64,000 nt of DNA from an uncultured Sphingobium sp. (lineage in GTDB: Bacteria > Pseudomonadota > Alphaproteobacteria > Sphingomonadales > Sphingomonadaceae). The position numbers and the translations under genes are program-made. Position 1 is the stretch's first letter. The number at the start of each line of letters is the position of its first letter. The stretch spans positions 6,037-70,036 of the forward strand of contig CBFHAG010000005.1 in NCBI GenBank assembly GCA_965653535.1. Reading direction: 5' to 3'. Below, one piece after another: positions 59,903 through 64,000 of the stretch. Under the pieces are notes generated by a model that saw only the letters and a program-made list of their open reading frames with translations, had not been told where the DNA came from and did no database searches.

Positions 59903-61207
59903 ATGGCGCACACGAAATTCCACCTCGGTTATTTCACGAAGTTTGGAGCCACGTCATGGCCGGGCGACGGCAAGGAATTCGGATCGGACTGGGTCGACGG
60001 TTCCTACCACAAGCAACTCGCCAAGATGCTGGAAGCGGCGAAGTTCGACTTCATCTTTTTCGAAGATACGCTGATCGTCGGTGACAGATATGCAGGCTCC
60101 ATGGAGCTGGATCTGAAGAACGCGACCTTGGCACCCAAGCATGATCCCATCCCGCTGCTGCCCGTCCTGGCCCAGGAAACGTCGCACATCGGCCTGGTCG
60201 CGACCGCGTCCACCACATTCTACCCGCCCTATCTGCTGGCCCGACTGCTTTCGACCGTCGATTCCCTGACCGGCGGGCGCGCTGGCTGGAACATGGTCAC
60301 GTCCAGCGAGAAGAACGCGGCCCTGAATTTTGGCATGGACAAGCTGCTGCCGCCCACGGTCCGCTATGACATTGCGGACGAATATGTCGAACTGGTCAAG
60401 CAGCTGTGGGATTCCTGGGAAGAAGGCGCGCTGGTCGCCAACACGGAAACCGGCGTCTATGTCGATCATAACAAGGTCCACACCGTGGATTTCAAAGGAG
60501 AGCATTTTCGCTCGCGCGGCCCGCTGAACACCATGCGGTCGCCGCAGGGCTATCCTGTCCTGTGCCAGGCCGGTGCGTCGGAGCGCGGTCGCGAATTTTC
60601 GTCCAAAAATGCGGAAGTCGTTCTGGGCATGATGACCGGCGGCGTCGCCGGAATGAAAGCCTATCGCAACGATATTCGGCAGCGCGCCGAAGCGCAGGGT
60701 CGCAACCCGGACGACATCAAGGTCATCTTCCTCACCCCCGTCAACATCCTTCCTGAAGGGGTCGAGAAGCAGGAAATGACCGAGGCTGAAAAGCAGGCGG
60801 CGTTCGAACATAATATCGTCATGGCGTCGTCCTCGCTGGACGTGGACTTTTCGCTCTATGACCTCGACGTCCCGGTGCCGCAGGACATTGTTGCGGGCGG
60901 ACATACCAGCGCGCTGGACCACATGAAAAAGGTCGGGCGAGAAGAAGGCAAATCCATCCGCGACCTGTTTTCCATGGGGCAGGGTGCCAGCGGCATGGAC
61001 TTCAGCGGCACGGCGCAGCAGGTCGCGGACAAGATGATGGCGGTCATGGACGAAGTCGGCGGCGACGGCTTCCTGATCGAAGGATCGGGCTATAATCGCC
61101 AGCTCCCCGATCTGCTCAACGGCGTTGTCCCCGCCTTGCAGAAGGCCGGCGCGGTTCGCACCGAATATAGCGGCACCACATTGCGCGAAATCCTGCGCGA
61201 ATTTTAA
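59903..61207 (+). CDS. NtaA/DmoA/SnaA-family FMN-dependent (luciferase-like) monooxygenase
   Basis: LEAAKFDFIFFED, HDPIPLL, TASTTF..PY..AR...D....GRAGWNMVTS, HKGEHF-like FKGEHFRSRGPLN...PQG, QAGAS..G..F. Confidence 0.9.
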   Translation: MAHTKFHLGYFTKFGATSWPGDGKEFGSDWVDGSYHKQLAKMLEAAKFDFIFFEDTLIVGDRYAGSMELDLKNATLAPKHDPIPLLPVLAQETSHIGLVATASTTFYPPYLLARLLSTVDSLTGGRAGWNMVTSSEKNAALNFGMDKLLPPTVRYDIADEYVELVKQLWDSWEEGALVANTETGVYVDHNKVHTVDFKGEHFRSRGPLNTMRSPQGYPVLCQAGASERGREFSSKNAEVVLGMMTGGVAGMKAYRNDIRQRAEAQGRNPDDIKVIFLTPVNILPEGVEKQEMTEAEKQAAFEHNIVMASSSLDVDFSLYDLDVPVPQDIVAGGHTSALDHMKKVGREEGKSIRDLFSMGQGASGMDFSGTAQQVADKMMAVMDEVGGDGFLIEGSGYNRQLPDLLNGVVPALQKAGAVRTEYSGTTLREILREF

Positions 61208-61454
61208 CCGCGTCGCGGACCCGGCGGCGTCATCGCTGTCGGGTCCATCGGGTTAGGGTCAGCGTGTGTCGACCGACGCGGCAAAGGTTGCCAGACAGTC
61301 CTGGATTAATCGCTGCGGGCACCACCATAAGGCTTTCGTCGGCAATCGACGTCATTGGCAGTTCGGAAATTGAGATGGTGAACGATCATAACTGATGCCG
61401 CTGGTAACGGCGTGCAGAACTATTCATCGGTTCAAATCACCGCTACGGAGAATT

Positions 61455-62126
61455 ATGATCAATCAACAGGCGCATAAGGCGAAGCTCGTCGCTCCGTCCC
61501 GTCCAGGCATATATTCTCGTGGATCCGACACGGTCGATGCCATCCTGCGGGCGGCGCTGCACGTCCTCATAGAAGAAGGCGCATCGGCCTTCACCCTTCG
61601 CCGGATCGCTTCCGAATGTGGATTGAAGGTCGGTAATGTCAGCCGTCATTTCCCGCGTAAGGAGATGTTGGTCAAGGTGCTTCTGGAAGAACTGCTGAGT
61701 CCAAATGCGGGGGAGGTAAGAAGCTACCTAAAGGATGCGGGGAGGACAGCCGAAGAATCGCTTGCGATCGTCATCGGGGGCAGCCTTGACGAAATCCAGA
61801 CAAAAAAGATGACTCATCTGTTCACAGAATTGTGGGCGATGGCCAATCACAATGAATTCGTCGCGGAACGGGTGGAGATGGTTTACCGGTTTACGCACGG
61901 CCTGATCGCTTCCTTCGTAGCCGAGCTCAATCCTGCCCTGTCTCCGAACGAGGTGGACATTGTTTCCGTTTACATCAGCGCGACAATCGAAGGATCAACT
62001 GTAGTTGCCGGATATAGCAGGTTGTGGAGCGGCTTGATGCCGCAGATCAGGGCCATCGCAATCAAGCAACTGGTGGCCTTCGCCAAAAATATCACGCCTG
62101 AGGAAATCAAGGCTCTCCCATCATAG
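61455..62126 (+). CDS. TetR/AcrR-family regulator
   Basis: ILRAALHVLIEEG...FTLRRIA..CGL..G.VSRHFP.KE HTH. Confidence 0.88.
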   Translation: MINQQAHKAKLVAPSRPGIYSRGSDTVDAILRAALHVLIEEGASAFTLRRIASECGLKVGNVSRHFPRKEMLVKVLLEELLSPNAGEVRSYLKDAGRTAEESLAIVIGGSLDEIQTKKMTHLFTELWAMANHNEFVAERVEMVYRFTHGLIASFVAELNPALSPNEVDIVSVYISATIEGSTVVAGYSRLWSGLMPQIRAIAIKQLVAFAKNITPEEIKALPS

Positions 62127-62251
62127 GATGGCATGGGCCATAGCTGTGCATCGCGTCGATTAATGGGGCCACGACACCGGTATCCTGACAGCGGATTGTT
62201 CCTCTGTCGGGATCGCTGTTGCCAGTCAATTGAACGGTAGGAGGCGCGGAT

Positions 62252-62992
62252 ATGGCAGGACGGATTAGGGTCGGTATCGGCGGATGGGCGTTCGAACCCT
62301 GGCGCGGCGTCTTCTATCCTGATGGACTGCGGCAGAAGGATGAACTTGCCTATGTCGGTCAGCATCTGACCGCGACAGAGGTCAACGCAACCTATTATGG
62401 CACGCAAAAGCCCGCCACTTTCGCCAACTGGGCAAAGATGGTGCCCGACGGGTTCCAGTTTGCGATCAAGGCGTCGCGTTTCTGCACCGACCGCCGGGTA
62501 CTGGGTGAGGCAGGCGAATCGATCGCCAAGTTCGTCAACCAGGGCATTGTTGAATTGGGTGATCGGCTGGGTCCCATCCTCTGGCAATTCATGCCGACGA
62601 AGCAATTCGACGCGGACGACTTTGCCGCATTCCTGACGCTGCTTCCCGCGCAGGTCGAAGGCGTCGCGCTGCGCCATGCGCTGGAGGTGCGGCACGAAAG
62701 CTTTGACGATCCGGCTTTCCTGACGCTGGCGCAGGATGCGGGCGCGGCGGTCGTGTTTGCCGATCATGACGATTATCCGGCGATCAAGGGGCATGATGTC
62801 GGCTTCAGCTACGATCGGTTGATGCGCACGCGCGACGATCAGGCGACCGGCTATTCACCCGATGAGATCGCGGCCTGGGCCAGCATGGCTCGCGACCAGT
62901 CGGCGAAGGGCGATGTCTTCGCTTTCTTCATCAGCGGCGCGAAGATACGCGCCCCCGCCGCGGCCCAGGCGCTGATCGTTGCATTGGAGTAA
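62252..62992 (+). CDS. DUF72 (YecE-like) protein
   Basis: RVGIGGWAF..W...FYP, EVNATYY, FAIKASRF, LGPILWQF, ALEVRH.SF. Confidence 0.9.
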   Translation: MAGRIRVGIGGWAFEPWRGVFYPDGLRQKDELAYVGQHLTATEVNATYYGTQKPATFANWAKMVPDGFQFAIKASRFCTDRRVLGEAGESIAKFVNQGIVELGDRLGPILWQFMPTKQFDADDFAAFLTLLPAQVEGVALRHALEVRHESFDDPAFLTLAQDAGAAVVFADHDDYPAIKGHDVGFSYDRLMRTRDDQATGYSPDEIAAWASMARDQSAKGDVFAFFISGAKIRAPAAAQALIVALE

Positions 62993-63115
62993 CAGGGGCT
63001 GTTGCATTTGCTGCAACTGCGAACGCGGCCTTTGCGATTGTTACGAATCGGCGTCTGGCGCATAGGCCCGCTCGCCGAAAGGCAAAAAACAAAATGAAAT
63101 GCAGGAAACAAAAAC

Positions 63116-63199
63116 ATGCGACACACTGTTCAGGGCGTTGCGCTGATGGTTGCAGTCGGCGCGCAGATGCTGACCTTCTACTCGGTTCTCTTTGCCTGA
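63116..63199 (+). CDS. Unannotated 27-aa hydrophobic small protein MRHTVQGVALMVAVGAQMLTFYSVLFA
   Basis: AGGA RBS in an A-rich leader, clean ORF, own terminator at 63242-63280. Confidence 0.6.
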   Translation: MRHTVQGVALMVAVGAQMLTFYSVLFA

Positions 63200-63241
63200 G
63201 CGATTTCTCGCTCAACATCTATCCCTTGTCATGGGGGAGCT

Positions 63242-63280
63242 AAAAAAGGCCGCCCAGGATCATGCCAGGGCGGCTTTTTT
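63242..63280. terminator. Bidirectional intrinsic terminator
   Basis: A6-GGCCGCCC...GGGCGGC-T6. Confidence 0.8.
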
Positions 63281-63324
63281 ATTACCCGTTGACCTTGACC
63301 GTTAGCAGGCGTCATCTCAACCCC

Positions 63325-63711
63325 ATGAAACAGACACTGCTTTTCGTCTACGGAACCTTGCGCGCGGGCTATGACGGCCCGATGGCGAAATGGTTGGCAT
63401 CTGTGGCGTCCCATGTCGGCCTGGCGACGGCGCAGGGTAGGCTTTATCGCGTTCGGGACTATCCCGGGTTCGTGCGCTGCCCATCGACGCTTGTCGTGGG
63501 TGACCTGTTCCTGCTGCCAGATGATCCGGCTGTTCTGAACCAGCTGGACGAGCATGAAGAGTGCGCAGCACATTTCCCCCAGCCCCATGAATATCACCGC
63601 GAGCGGTTGACGGTGCTGTCCGAAAACGGCCCTGTCGATGCGTGGGCATATGTCTATAGCTGGGATGTCAGCGACCTGGAGTTGATCGAGAGCGGCGATT
63701 TCCTGCGCTGA
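63325..63711 (+). CDS. Gamma-glutamylcyclotransferase (AIG2-like) family protein
   Basis: LFVYGTLR, G.LY....YPG, LDEHEE, AWAYVY, IESGDF. Confidence 0.9.
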   Translation: MKQTLLFVYGTLRAGYDGPMAKWLASVASHVGLATAQGRLYRVRDYPGFVRCPSTLVVGDLFLLPDDPAVLNQLDEHEECAAHFPQPHEYHRERLTVLSENGPVDAWAYVYSWDVSDLELIESGDFLR

Positions 63712-63748
63712 CCCGGCTTGCGCTACCGATTTGGACGGATAGGCGCGC

Positions 63749-64000
63749 TTATTTTGCCTGCATCGCTTGCACGGCGGCCAGCATGCTCTTCACATGGCCC
63801 TTATAATTCATCTCGCTGTGAACGAATGCGATGCGACCGGTCGGGGCGATGACGTAGGAGGTGCGGTCAGTGATGCTGGGTCGCATCTTCAGCGCCACGT
63901 CATAGCCCGACACGATGGCCGGTCCGGCAGACGCGACCGCGAACTTGCCCGCGCATTCCTTAGTAGAAAAGGCGACAAGGTCATCAACCGTGTCGGTCGA
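63749..64000 (-). CDS. Peroxiredoxin (BCP/AhpC-TSA-like), C-terminal part; 5' end off the window
   Basis: Manual translation: STDTVDDLVAFSTKECAGKFAVASA...DRTSYVIAPTGRIAFVHS...HVKSMLAAV. Confidence 0.78.
   Translation of the reverse strand, partial: STDTVDDLVAFSTKECAGKFAVASAGPAIVSGYDVALKMRPSITDRTSYVIAPTGRIAFVHSEMNYKGHVKSMLAAVQAMQAK

Overview
GC-rich alphaproteobacterial (sphingomonad-like) chromosome segment. A paoABC aldehyde oxidoreductase operon and a TonB-dependent receptor (TBDR) precede tRNA-Gly(GCC) at 6054-6128. About 56 kb of mosaic accessory DNA follows: (1) a zinc-uptake-type locus (two TBDRs, an ABC ATPase with two DUF3526-like permeases, a COG0523 GTPase, broken Fur/Zur-like and second COG0523 genes) cut by a decayed IS3; (2) kstD- and kshA-like steroid genes; (3) an ArsR/SRPBCC pair; (4) a NupG-like permease, isomerase-family and Gfo/Idh/MocA operon; (5) fdhF/ydeP-fdhD; (6) a ~22 kb glycoside-utilisation-like locus with paired GHL6 proteins, beta-propellers and glycerate kinases plus hyi/glxR, bracketed by matching FadR-type operators; (7) a ~10 kb catabolic block whose four promoters share the palindrome GGTTGAM-N4-GTCAAC, next to a TetR gene. 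Core-like genes (DUF72, an unannotated 27-aa ORF, GGCT, peroxiredoxin) end the window. No CRISPR array, rRNA or integrase was seen. All family calls come from motif recognition by eye; no database search was run.
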